DNA from: Lama glama
Lineage: Eukaryota
Direction of reading: 5' to 3'
Length of the DNA stretch: 64,000 nt
Assembly: GCA_028534125.1 (NCBI GenBank)
Contig: CM052817.1
Location: forward strand, 63,676,001 to 63,740,000
Each line of letters begins with the position of its first letter. The stretch's first letter is position 1. Shown here piece after piece: positions 1 to 12,250 of this stretch. The position numbers and the translations under genes were made by a program. The notes beneath the pieces were generated by a model. It worked only from the letters and a program-made list of their open reading frames with translations, was not told the origin of the DNA and made no database searches.

Positions 1-524
1 CTCTAGAAGTACAACAAAGAGTGAAAAGATCATGAGGTTGGGCAATCAGCATTCCTCAGGGCTTCAGCCAACATTCAAACCCAGGCCTGTCTCCAGAGTC
101 TGCATTTCCCACTGCAGCAGGTATTTGGCAACCAGTATTACCAATTGGCCAAAGATACTCTGGTCAACAATACCATTTCAGCAAAATTTATACATATGTA
201 ACAGCCACTAACAGTTATATACAATTTTGACACAACTCACTGTTACAGATAACACTATAGGAAAATTTTAAAAGAAAATCAGGGAAAAGAAACATAGATT
301 GATTTATACTTAACTAATAAAAATGATAGTTCCATGTGTCCGGATTCAACCTACTTTCAAAAATAATTTGGAATTAATTATACTATGAAATCTAAACATC
401 TAGCATCTTATCAAAATATTGGAACTTAACTCATCAATTGTTTTTTGAATTTAATTTTGTAGTTCAGTAAGTGAAAAATGATTATTGTAACATTATGAAA
501 GAAATGTTCCCAAAGAAAGGAGGA

Positions 525-855
525 TATCATAGTCAATTTGGGCTGCTATAACAAAAATACCATATTTTGGGTTGCTTAAAGAACAAATATTTATTTCTCA
601 TAGTTCTGGAGGCTAGGAAGTCTAAGATCAAGGTGCTGGCCTCTTGGTTCCAGGTAAGAGTCCTCTTTCTGATTTTCAGAGGGACATCTTGCTGCATCCT
701 CACATCCTCTTCTGAAAAGGGCACTAATTCCATCTGTAATGGTTCTACTCTCATTACCTAGTTACCTCCCAAAGTTCTTATCTCCAAATACCATCAAATT
801 AGGGATTAGGGTTTGAACATATGAATATTATGAGGATACAAAATTGTTTATAGCA
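525..855 (-). mobile_element. MaLR solo LTR (MLT1A/B-like)
   Basis: Typical MLT1 text 'tagtcaatttgggctgctataacaaaaataccata...gttctggaggctaggaagtctaagatcaaggtgctggc...ttagggattagggtttgaacatatgaat', ending '...tagca'. Confidence 0.8.
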
Positions 856-1091
856 AGAAAGGACAACTGTGTGCCCTGAAACCAGATCCTTGCAATTCTT
901 TTAAAAATAGTTCCAATGTGCTTTAAAAAAAAAATCAGAAATGGAATTATTTTCTAAAATGGGAAGATTCTGAAGAAGCCAGAGTTCTAAAAATGTGTAC
1001 TGTAGTTGATCTGATCTGAAATTCTTCACTTAATCTTTCCAGCCCAGCCATGAGTCCCTGTTCCCTAGATCTAGCTACACTAGGAATCTTT

Positions 1092-1363
1092 TGTTGACCT
1101 AAAACAGACAGACCTCTAGACATTTCTCAAGCAAAGATGGGTTTACTTGGGATCAGAAGAGAAGTAAAATTCAGTGTCTGTAATCATGGTAAGCCACATG
1201 CAAGAATCCACACAGCAAGGGAAGGAGAACACTTTAATAAAAAGGAAAAGGAAGTTGGGAGGGCTACAGTAAACAAAGAATCCATGGCTTTCCATTGGCT
1301 GAGTCTCCCTTCTAGTCTCCCAACTCTATTTAATAGAGGTTTGTGTTTACTAATTTTTTTACA
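1092..1363 (-). repeat. ERV 3' LTR (272 bp)
   Basis: TG...CA termini (tgttgacc...ttttaca); homologous to 7079-7414; preceded on the minus strand by the PPT. Confidence 0.9.
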
Positions 1364-1376
1364 TTTTTCCCCTTTT
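1364..1376 (-). other. ERV polypurine tract
   Basis: Minus strand reads aaaaggggaaaaa directly before the TGT of the 3' LTR. Confidence 0.85.
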
Positions 1377-1785
1377 AATCAAGATCTTTCTCTGAAAGCA
1401 TCACTGATCAAGAGTCAGATTTTTTAATTTCAGTGGCTTTTTTGCCCTGAATGTCAGGAAGTATCTTTCCTGGGTGTAGTGTCTCACATCAGAGGAAAAG
1501 TACACAGACTGAAAACCTGTTAAGGTCCTTGAGTAACAAGGAGGGGTAGGAGGGAGAATTCTCAGGTATGTTTTATATAAAGTCCATATGTTATCAAGAT
1601 AATAGTCATTACAGATCATCTGAAGCATTATGTCATCATCCAAGGTTTGGAGACAAACTGCCAATAGGCCTGGTCCAGGTATCTTGGGAAAGCTGTCTCA
1701 TCAGATATTATCTACTTCAATTCTGGAAAACGTTTACTTTCATGTCACCAGATGATGTGTAGTTCCAGTCAGGGTTTGGTGTGTT

Positions 1786-2284
1786 CTATAGGGTGTCATG
1801 TAAATCCAAGAGTCTACTTCTTGAAGTTTGGCGGCAAAAGTTTTGGTTAGTGGTACCTGATAAGGACCTCTCCAGTGAGACTGAAAACAGTTCTTCTGGA
1901 GGTGTCTTTTCCAACACACACAAGTCTCCAGATTGTAAGATGTGATGCTTAAGGTCTTCATCTCCCAAGGGTGCACTCTAAAAAGATTGCTCTACCAAAG
2001 CATGATTATTTTTAACAGAAGCAATTGGGCTCTTGCAATATTGGAGTATCTCTCCTTCTTTTAGTTGTAAATCAAAGGAAGCAGAAGCCACATACATTAA
2101 GCATCCTGTGACTATTTCAAAGAGTCAAAGTTTATAAGCTCCAAAAAGAATGGGTCTCAGATTTAGAAGGACCAATGACAATGCTTTTGGCCAAGGTACT
2201 TGGAGGAATTCTACAGATTTTGCCAACTGAGTCTTTTTTTTTTTTAATTGAAGTATAGTCAGTTATAATGTGTCAATTTCTGTA

Positions 2285-2331
<47 letters not shown>

Positions 2332-4700
2332 CTTTCATGTTCTTTTTCATTAAAGGTTATTACAAGATATTGAATACAGTCCAGTGTGTTCTACAGAAGA
2401 AATTTGTTTTTTTTTTAATCTACTTTTATATATAGTGGTTAACACTGGCAAATCTCAAACTCCCAGCTTTTTCCCTTCCCATTAGTGCATTTGACTAAAC
2501 CAGAGGACTGAAGGTCTGATAAGCACAATGAAAGTGGTATAAAACCAGCCAAACAGCACAGACCTGCTGAAACACCTGAAGGCTATCATTTTGACTACAG
2601 ACCAAAGGCTTAACATATGTGCAGAGGTGAGAAGTAGGAATTTTAGTTTCCAGTAGAATTGGGTTGTTATTTGGTCCAAACCAAGGCTTTCTCTTTTTAT
2701 CAAACCAATTGTTGAATTTCCAATCTTGTTTCACCTTTTCTGAGGTCAACTGTTAGGCTTCTCTAGAGAGCTTTTCTAAATTATCATTTGTATCCTTTGT
2801 ATCACGACAAAGGTTTGGCTGCTGTTGTCCCTTTACAAGCAGCATTCCTTTTTGAAATGTGAGCAAGGTGATTTCCCCTAGCTTCCAGAGAGTCAAATTT
2901 ACAATGCCCCAGAATCTTAATAATAGCAAAAGTGACAGACAAAAAAAGTATTGCATCCAATAACTCTTGCACATAGGGGCCATTTAAAATTTTATTTCCA
3001 CTGGAAGTAGGGAAGCCATGTTGCTTCCACAGCATTCATGAAAATCATGAAAATCTGCCACTGTGAAAGCACATCTACTATCAGTATAAATCATGGCAGT
3101 TCTGTCCTTGGCTAAAGTACAAGCCCATGTCAGAGAGTAAAATTCAGCCTGTTAGGCTGAAGTAGCCATAAGTAAAGATGCTGCCTCAATGACATCAAAA
3201 GGAGTTGTAACAGCATACCCAGCACAATATTTGCCATTGTCATCTTTTAAATAAGAATCATCAATGAACCATGAGAAGTTAATGTTAACCAGTGGAATTT
3301 CTTGCAGATCATTATGAGAAGTCAGGAGATGGTCCATCAGTGTTAGAGAGTTGTGAGGGACTTCACTGATGATGGAGGGGAAAACAGTAGCTGGATTAAG
3401 GTTCTCATAATATAAGAGAGTTATGTGAGGAGCAGTTAACAAAAGGACTTATAAGAGATAAGGCAGCGTCTGAGAAATGTTGAGTGCGATGAGAATTGAG
3501 GAGAGCTTCTACTCCATGAGGTACCAAAACTGTTAAAAGGCATCCCACAGTGACTTTTTTTTTTTTTTTTGGTGACTTTAACTGTAAGGGCAGTGGCCAT
3601 AATGGCTGTAGGCAATGGGCATATCCCGACAGCAAAGGGTCCAGGTGCTGGCTATAATATCGTATGGGTTGATGGTGTCTCCTGTTTTGGGGTTAGTACC
3701 CCAAGGGCATTCTCTTTCTTTTCATATAAAAAAAGAAAAGAGAATCTGATCATTGGGATGTCCAAAGGCAGATGGGTTTATCAAACTCTCCTTTAATGTC
3801 TCAAAGGTTATGTTGTCTGGTTCCTCCCATAAAATGAGGTCAGGGTTGTTATTTATGAGTAAAACATAAAGAGGTTTGTCATTAGAAAGAAATTTGGAAT
3901 CCAATTTTGGTAATAACAAACTAGCCTGAGAAAACTTTGTAAGTTGGTACTTAGTTTTGGGTTTTGGGAAACTTGGGACACCATGAAATCTACCTGGATC
4001 CAGGTGTAGCCATTGTTCTGATATCAGATGCCCTAAATATCAAACCTGGGTTTAGGAAAACTGCTATCTTTCTTTGGCACCTTATTTCCTTTGAGGCTAA
4101 GAACTTTAGCAAGTGGATGCTGTCTTCCTGTGAAGTGGCTGAAGGAGGAGAGTAAAGATGCAAATTGTCCACATATTGCAACAAAGCAGAACCTCTCGGG
4201 AACTTTATATCATCCAGATCAACCTTCAGGATTTGCAAAAAATAAGGACTCCCAGTAAAACCCTGAGGCATTATTGTGCAGGGGAACTGTTTTCCTTCCC
4301 AAGCCAAGGCAAAAAGGTACTGACTAGTTTCATCAAGTGGAATAGTAAAGAATGCACTACATAAATCAAGTACAGTAAGGAACTTACTTTCAGTGGGAAT
4401 GAACGTTTAGTAACGTATGAGAGTTAGAAAACAAGGTGTTCAGGGATAACAAGGTTGTTTATTGCTCAGATGTCCTGCACAAACCTCCACCTTTGGCCCT
4501 TAGATAAAACAGGGGTGTTGCAGGAACTGGTACAAGGGGTAAGGAGGCCCTGAGCCCTGTAATCGTCTATGATGGGCTTTATGCCTTGAAATGCTTCATT
4601 ACTTACAGAGTATTGATTAATTTTGAGAGGAGGTTTTGAGAAGTCTATTTGAATTTTGATGGGTGGTGTGGTATGAATTTTGCTAACATCATTTGCAGAT
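1786..4700 (-). pseudogene. pol: ERV pol remnant (RT, RNase H, internally deleted integrase)
   Basis: RT: 'WRFVQD', 'WEGKQFPCTIMPQGFTGSPYFLQILKVDL...LLQYVDN' (YVDD decayed). RNase H: 'SWFIDDSYLKDDNGKYCAGYAV', 'LWKQHGFPTSSGNKI', 'ARGNHLA'. IN: 'HFHCAY..SSGLVKCTN', 'WRGPYQVPLT...SWI'. Many stops and frameshifts. Confidence 0.9.
2234..2480 (-). mobile_element. 5'-truncated L1 3' end (camelid/artiodactyl type) with internal (AT)n, inserted in the ERV integrase
   Basis: Poly-T, then 'aattgaagtatagtcagttataatgtgtcaatttctg...ttattacaagatattgaata'; reverse complement of the same family as 45352-45544. Confidence 0.85.
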
Positions 4701-4799
4701 TCTGCCCATAAGGAAAACGGTAGCTGATTCAATAGGGACAAATGATCAGTGCTTCCAGAATCTGCTCTAGAACCATCAGAAACAGAACAAGTAAATTCA

Positions 4800-5170
4800 T
4801 TTAATTCACTTAGTGTGCTACTTTGACGACTACTGTCAAATTCTAGAATTATCTCCCCCTTTTGGGAGAAATTCTGGCATGACAATTCTCCAAGAAGCCT
4901 TAATATAATAAACAGGTAGGGGTGGAGGAATGAAAGAGAACAGGGTGTGTGTCTCTTTAAGGACCTAAACAAAAGGGAACAGCTCAGAGACAGGAACCTC
5001 TTAAGGTTCATTAGAGATCCCCACTATTTGAACTGTTTTAGTACTACAAGGCAGTGGCTGTTTTACAGTAGTGGGGTTGAGCACACAAAGTATGGCCCCC
5101 ATGTTGGTTAGAACTGGAAGAGATTCATCCTTAATCTGGAGAAATGTTTTACCAAACTGATTAAGAGGGA
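4800..5170 (-). pseudogene. pro: ERV protease remnant
   Basis: Minus strand 'LNQFGKTFLQIKDESLPVLTNMGAILCVLNP', with NMGA at the DTGA active-site position, between gag and RT. Confidence 0.65.
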
Positions 5171-5199
5171 GGATTGGGAAGAGTCCCTGTAGTTCCTCA

Positions 5200-6570
5200 G
5201 AGTCCTGCTATTGAGAATTGGAAGTTGGAAAGGCTGGTCAGAGGTCTGAAGGCACCTAAAGCACTTACATTTGCAACAATCTCTTTTCTAATGTCCTGGC
5301 TGTTTGCAATACTAGCAGAAACTAGAAGAGTTTTGGTTTTGTTTCGGAGCCTTCATTTGCTGAAGTTAAAGTTTAAGAATTCTGGCGGTCTTGCTTTGAG
5401 GTGGGTCATCTGCAGAGCAAGAGCGCTGGTTTGCCACATTCACAAAATCTGGAGTAGACATAGTTTCCCATTCCATCCTGGCCCTTTTTACTAGAAGGGA
5501 AAGTCTTGGTTCAGCCTGTTAATAAACAGAGTTAAAAGCTACCCGAGTGAAATGAATACCTGAAGGAAGACTAAAATTTTCTTTAAAAATAATCTGAAGT
5601 TGATTATACTAATCAGGAACAGGTTCATCAGATTTTTGTGTACAAGCCTGAATTTTGTTCCCATCAACAGGCTTTGGAAAGTTCTAGGAATTGCTCAATG
5701 AAATCCCCTAATAATGGATTTAGCCTGATAATATAATAGCTTAGTAAGCTAATCTCTTGGTTGTAATTCTAATAACCTTTCAGGATTTTCCCAATTAGCA
5801 GTTTTCATCCAATACTGGGCCTGGTGTTTGGCGAATGGCATATGAATTGTCTAAGCAGAGAACCGAGGCTGGTGAGTTTAAATGACTATATTAAATTTCT
5901 TAGCAAATCTGAGGACTTTCAATTACTTTGGGAAAATCTTTGACTACAGCTCGCAGTTCAGCTTTAGTCCAGGGAGCATAAGAAATTAAAGGTTTAGCTT
6001 CTGGATCCTCAGAAAATTTAATTTTAAAGGGATGGTTTCTGACAAGTTCAGAGGAAAATGAAGTGGGGAGAGTTTTATGGGCAAGCAATTAGTATGGGAA
6101 AATTGCAGAGGCAGAGGTGGCACAGAGGGAAACAGGAAGATGGAGCTAGAGGTGAAGTCTGATGGCGAGAAGCCAAGGAAGAAGAGCCTGAGGCTTCGGG
6201 ATTCATTTTATCTTTCGTTAATCCTCTGTTTGCCTCAGTTAAACTTAAAATTTATTTGGCAGGGAAGCAATTTTAGACTCCTAATAACACTGGGAAGCCT
6301 CAAAATACCTATTCAAATAAGCATTCCACTCAGTTTTGGAATTTTTGAGCTACTGTAGCCCAATTCAATTACAAGGAGATTAAATTTGGGGATTTCAAAA
6401 GTTCCCTATAATGGCCACTGATATTCTCAGTTGCCTTTGGTCAGGTTGGTCCATTTACTTAGAAATGCATATGAGGAAGGACCATGGTTTTGAAACATAA
6501 AATCAGAGCTGAAGTCTCTGTAGGTGGGAGAGTGCCCTCAAAATACTCTGATAACCAGGATTCAATTTGT
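5200..6570 (-). pseudogene. gag: ERV gag remnant
   Basis: MA-like 'FLSKWTNLTKGN..YQWPL.GTFEIPK'; CA 'YAPWTKAELRAVVKDFPKV'; MHR-like 'QKSDEPVPD.YNQLQIIFKE'; CCHC knuckle 'C*YCKQPGH*KRDC' at ~5276-5320. Confidence 0.85.
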
Positions 6571-7057
6571 CAGAGGTTTTCCCTCTAACGTAAAGAACAA
6601 TTTTCAAACAGCTCACCCAGCTTACAGCACACATGGCTCGTCTCAAAAAGCCTGTGCACTAATTGCAACCAGTCCCAAGGAGATGGTTTGGTCCCAGAGA
6701 AGCCAGGCTGAAGGCTCTTTTCGCCAGTCTCCAGAGGACAGCCCCTTCCAAAGGAACAGGTCAGAGACTGGAAAACTGGCACAGTTTCATTTGAAGCAGC
6801 CCCTTCCTGAAGGAATTGCGCCAAAGGCATTTTCAGCCAGCTTTGGTTCAGTCTGATCTCAAGATCAGACCAAAGTGCCAAACAAGTACCTATAAACACA
6901 ACAGGACCTTAACCAGAACGATGAAAACTTTAAGAAGGTCTTGAATAAAGCCTGAAGAGCTTCAAACGCAGAGAGTGTATGAGCTCAAATCCAGGCTTAA
7001 CTGTGGGTATGCACCTGTTTTCTTACCAGCCCTGGAATCGTCAGGAGCCTCCTTTGG

Positions 7058-7075
7058 TCCCAGTGTGGGACACCA
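7058..7075 (-). other. ERV primer-binding site (tRNA identity uncertain)
   Basis: Minus strand TGGTGTCCCACACTGGGA, 3 nt inside the 5' LTR end; starts with TGG (complement of tRNA CCA). Confidence 0.75.
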
Positions 7076-7078
7076 AAA

Positions 7079-7414
7079 TGTTGATCTGAAATAGACTGCC
7101 AGATATTTCTCTAGCAAAGGTGAGTCCACTGGGGATCAGCAGAGAATTGCAGCTTGGGAGTCTACAACCATGGCGAGCCAAGTGCAAGTCACAGCAAGCA
7201 AGGGAAGGAGAATGCTTTTATAGAGGGAAAAGGAAGCGGGGAAGGCTAAACAGAGTCCATGGCTTTCACTGGCTGAGTACCTGCCAGGAAAGAGCAATCT
7301 TTCTTCCTCCTGTTGGGCTCTGCTATGTTGCAGGGGGTGAGACCTCCCCCTTCTGGTCACCCAACTCTATTTACTTGAGATTTCTGCGGTTTTGTTTTTG
7401 TTTTTGTTTTAATA
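7079..7414 (-). repeat. ERV 5' LTR (336 bp)
   Basis: Homologous to 1092-1363; TATAAA on the minus strand at 7217-7222; outer CA decayed to TA, followed by TSD cttt. Confidence 0.88.
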
Positions 7415-9258
7415 CTTTCCAGATACCAAAATGGGAAAATAATTGTACCATTTATTCTGTTCCCATTTGTGATTATTTCTTTTTTTGACCTTATTATTTG
7501 ATAATTAACTGTTTTAAGTAGAAATTTAGACCATAAAGTGATTTTCCTTTTATCTAGGATCTATAAGCTATAATCAACACTGGCTCTGGGAACCACAGCC
7601 TCTGTCCCAACCTCATCTCTTATTTCTGCCCTACAAGTCTCCCTCATTGTGTAAGAAGTCAGGCATTGACTTTAGAACCCACAATTACTCCAAATGTTTT
7701 CCTAAATCACAAACTACTAAGACCTGTAGAATGTGCCTACACCTACTCGGTGCATTTGTCAAATTGCAAGTTAAGTCCATTTTAGTGGGTTAGAAAATCA
7801 ATTTAGTAGATAGGTAAGCCTGAAAAATAGTGAGTATCAGAATATAATATGTAAAATTTTTTAGTTACAAATTTCATGGCAAATAATAGTGAATTAAGAC
7901 AAAAATGAGCAAATCCAGTAACTAATAGAGGATATTGTTTTATTATTACAATAAAAATTCACTTGCTTATACTATTTAATGTTTCTCTTGAATCATCTAC
8001 TTATACTCATCATTGTCTTTTATTCTGTCATTATGTTCTTACCAACCATCAATAGGTCAATTTCTCTAACAAGAATTTAATTTCTTAAAAAAGAATGTTT
8101 TTCATATATTACGGGGGGGGGGAAGCCTAAATCAAAACACAGTATTGGTAACTGAGTAAAAGGTATAGTTTAGAATGATAAATTGATTGGGGGCACAATT
8201 ATACCTTTAACTGTTTTATTTACTGAATGCATCCAAATGCCAGGAATAATCCTAAAAGCTATATGAATATAAATTTTAGGTTACTTGGATAACCAGCAAG
8301 GTCTGTATTATTTACACTGCAAGATGGAGATAAATGATGTCAGGGCTGTGTGAACTGCTGTCATAAACTCAGAGAAGAGAATGTCCACAAAGTGACAAAT
8401 ATTATCAAGAATCTGACAGTCTCCTGATGTTTCTGAGACACTATAGTATGCTTATCAATGATACATACCCAGGGATATATTTTTTGCATAAACACACGAT
8501 TCTTAACAATACTGATGAAAATTCCCTTACTTTATTATTCTAATGCTACTTTTTAAACCTTCATCATTTACCAACTTATAAACAAACATAGATTTGATGA
8601 TCTAGGCTGTCATGGTTTCCAGCCAAGGCTACAATTTCTTCCATTAGACGAATTTCTCCCACCAGAAGAAAAGATTTAATGTCCTGATTGCCAGTTTCAC
8701 AGTTGCCACCTAGTTCAGCTCCACCCCATTACCAGCTACAAAAACTTCCAAAGCAGCAATATAAAGAGGTCTATCTAGGATCACTCAAAACAAGTTGAAG
8801 GAATAGTAACTGTATATTACTGGTCACTTGCCAAGTCCTTTGTAATGTTGGAATAAAGTGCCGAACTACTCTAGTCATAAGGCAGGTATTAACAAAGATT
8901 AAGTTGCCAGAACCTCCTTTTAAAAATAACAACACTGAGCCTTCATTTTACAAATTTGGGGAACGTTTTCCTTAAGCAAAACAAACAAGTCAATTTTTTA
9001 AAAATGGGCAAAATTTTGCTTAGGAGTTAACCAAGAGTTCCTGCTGTTTTCATATGAACTAACTAATAGGGAATAATTTTAGGACAATCGCTGGCTCTTA
9101 TACCCAACTTCAGAGCATGAGAAGAATTATCCCCAGTGCAATAATCCATCCAGGACTATTCAGCTAGGGGGAAAGAAACAAGACATGATGTGTTCTAGCC
9201 AGATGGATTAGAGGAGCAAAATCTAAAACACAGTCTCTTAATATCAGAAAAAAAAATC

Positions 9259-10390
9259 AAAGATACCTGCTCTCACCTCTTCTATTTAACATTTTACTGG
9301 AAGTTCTACCTACTGCAATAAGGCCAGAAAAAGGAATAAGCTGCATCCATAATGGAAAGGAAGTAAAACTTTCCTAATTCGCAGAAGGCATTATCATGTA
9401 TGTAGAAAATCCTGTGATATTTATAAGAAAAGCTATTGGCACTGACAATTGATTTGAGTAGAATTGCAGGATACAAGATCAATACATAAAAATCAATTGC
9501 CTTTCTACGTATGAGGAATAAACAATAAGAAATTAAAGTTTTAAAAAATGCCACAGTATTTACAATAGCATCAAAATATGAAATACTTAGGGAGACCTAT
9601 GACAAAAGATGTGCAGTAACTACAGACTAAAATGTGTCGTAAAATATTAAGAGGAATTGAAGAAAACTTAAGTAGTGTAGAGTCATATGTTCATTAGTTG
9701 TAAGAGTCAATATTGTTAAGGTGGCAATTCTTCAATATAACTACACATTCAACACAATCTCATTAAAAAGCAGGTTTTTCTAAAAGATGGAAATTGAGAA
9801 ATTGATTTTAAAATTTACATGCAATACAGAGAATTTGATGCTAAAACAACTTTGAGAAAGAAAAAAATTTGGAGAACTACTTAATTCACAATTTACTATA
9901 AAGCTACATTAGTTAGAACAGTGTGCAGCACTGGCTACACATAGTCAAATAGATCAAAAAGAATGGAATAGAAAGAATAGCTACAGTAAGTCTAGAAATA
10001 GACTCACAAGTGATATCAACGGTGAAAAGACAATTCAGTAGACAAAGGACAGTCTGTCAATGCATGATGCTAGAACAATTGGATATTCATATGCAATAAA
10101 ATAAACTTCAGCTCAAAGCTCACATTATATAAAAAAAAAGCTACAAAACTTTTAGAAGATATTAGAGAACTTTGTGTCCATGGATTAAGCAAAAACTTCT
10201 TAGATATGATGCCAAAAGTACAATATGTAAAACAAATATTGATAAATTAGACATCAACATAATTAAGAACTTATTTTTGAATGAATTATTAAGAAATTAA
10301 ACAGATAAACCACAGACTCTAAAAAAACTCACAAAACATATCTGATATCCACCCAGAATATATAAGAAATTCTCAAAACTCAGTAATAGA
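9259..10390 (+). mobile_element. Old L1 ORF2 fragment (RT to C-terminal part)
   Basis: 'ctctcacctcttctatttaacattttactggaagttcta', 'gcaggatacaagatcaatacataaaaatcaattg', 'agaaattctcaaaactcagtaataaga'. Confidence 0.85.
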
Positions 10391-12250
10391 AGTCTCTTCG
10401 TACCTGTGGATCTGAGACTGTCCTTTCTCAACCATCTACACCATAGCATCAGAACCAGCTAGAAGAAACCAACCACAACACAGATTGGATCAGGAAGCCC
10501 TTTTGTTGTCAATAGGCCGAGACACCTCCCTCCCTCTAAGAGACATAGGACAGCCAGTAAACACCATCAAAGAGATCAAGAGCTCTACTGATATTAAGTG
10601 ACCAGAAATGCTCTCTTTCACCACCAGGCCTGAGATTCATCTCCCCCAAGAAAGAAATATCAAAGTAGCTCGGTTTCCACTGGCAAGAGGGATCTAGCCA
10701 CTAAACAGCCCAGCCAAGAAAGCCATTTGACCCTGTTAAGTCTGAGACTCTCTTTTCTAGCACACAGGAAATTAGTATTTCCTGAAAATACTAAGGGGGC
10801 CAAAGGGCATTGGTAGGGAAGGTCTTATCACAAGTACTCAAACTGGAAAGTGTTATGAATCACTCATAGACAGGGTAATCCTGAGCCAACAAAAGAGCCT
10901 CTTTATTTCCACATATCTAAGACCCACCCTCCGTGCCCCTGAGAGAAAACTATGGCCCAGTCTACCAAACACCTTGTGCCTCCTCAGGTAGCATCAGAAG
11001 GGCCCAAGAGGAGCACCAGTGGTGCTGGATAAACAAAAAAGATCACTGTAAAGCTGTAAAGTCTCTAAAAATTAAACTCTCTTTACAACCATAACCCTAA
11101 AAAATTAGTCAGAAACGGTCAGCTGAATCTAAACAAGGTGACTGCCTGCTAAAATAGGACCTAGACAAAATAGAAAAATTTGAAAATAAGTAAACTGTCT
11201 GGGATATACAATAAAAAATCATCCATCATACCAGAAACAAAGTTAATCAATCTTAAAGAGAAATGACTGAAGCTAAAGTGAGATGAATTAGATGTTGGAA
11301 TTATTTGACAAGAATTTTAAGGAAGCCCTCATGAATGTTATCTAACAATCAATCACAAATTCCCTTAAAACAAATAAAAATAGGAAACCTCTGAAAATAA
11401 ATTATTAAAAACGAGCAAATGGAAATTATAGAACTTCTATACAACTGAAAAATTCAGGAACAAAGCATTCACTGAATGGACTTAATAGCAGAGTGGAGAT
11501 GATATAGGACTCAATTAGTGAAACTGAGGACAAATCAGTAGAATTCATCTAATTCAAGCAATAGGGAAAATATATAAAAAAAAAAAATGAACAGAGCCTC
11601 AGGGGCTTAAGGGACCTGAGAGACAATATAAAATGACCCAATATTCGTATCATCTGAGTCCCATAAGGAAAACAGAAAAAAAAAATCATGCTAAAGGTAT
11701 ATTCAAAGAAATAATGGATGAAATTCCTTGATGAAAGACAAACCTGTGTATTAAGAAGCAAAACACTCCAAACCTGATAAACTCAAAGAAATCATGACAA
11801 GGCATACCATAATTAAACCTCTAAAAACTAAAGAAAAAAAAATCTTGAAAGCAGCTAGAGAGAAATGACATTAAAAGGGGAACACCAATTTGAATAATAG
11901 CAGATTTCTCATAGAAAAATCATGGAAACCAGAAAGAAGTGGCACAGTGTTTTCAAGTGCTAAAAGAAACGAAATGTCAATATGAATTTTATACCTGGAA
12001 AAACCAGCATTCAGAAATGAAAGGGAAATAATGACATTTTCAGATGGAGGAAAACTAAAAGAATTTGTTGGTAACCAACTTACACTTAAGTATCAGGTAA
12101 AGGAAGTTATGCAATTAAAGGAAAGAACTTGGAGCATCAGCAAGGAAGAAGAAACCACAGAAACTGCAGAAATATGGATACATGCAATAGACTTTCTTTT
12201 CTGATGGGTTTCTTAAATTACATTTGATGATTAAAACAAAAATTACACCA
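10391..12250 (+). mobile_element. Old L1 5' region and ORF1 remnant
   Basis: ORF1-like 'aatcttgaaagcagctagagagaaa...gcagatttctcatagaaaaatcatggaaaccagaaagaagtggcacagtgttttcaagtgctaaaagaa'; preceded by a more GC-rich 5'UTR-like stretch. Confidence 0.7.

Larger units (their letters stand above)
1092..7414 (-). mobile_element. Degenerate class I endogenous retrovirus (ERV1; gamma/epsilon-like, MER34/LTR39-int-like), LTR-gag-pro-pol-LTR, no recognisable env
   Basis: Two related LTRs, a PBS next to one and a PPT next to the other, 4-bp TSD CTTT (1088-1091 and 7415-7418), and gag, protease, RT, RNase H and integrase motifs in order on the minus strand. Confidence 0.93.

Noticed and set aside
1377..1785. 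ERV env gene
   Set aside because: Too short, with no furin site, immunosuppressive domain or CX6CC motif visible.
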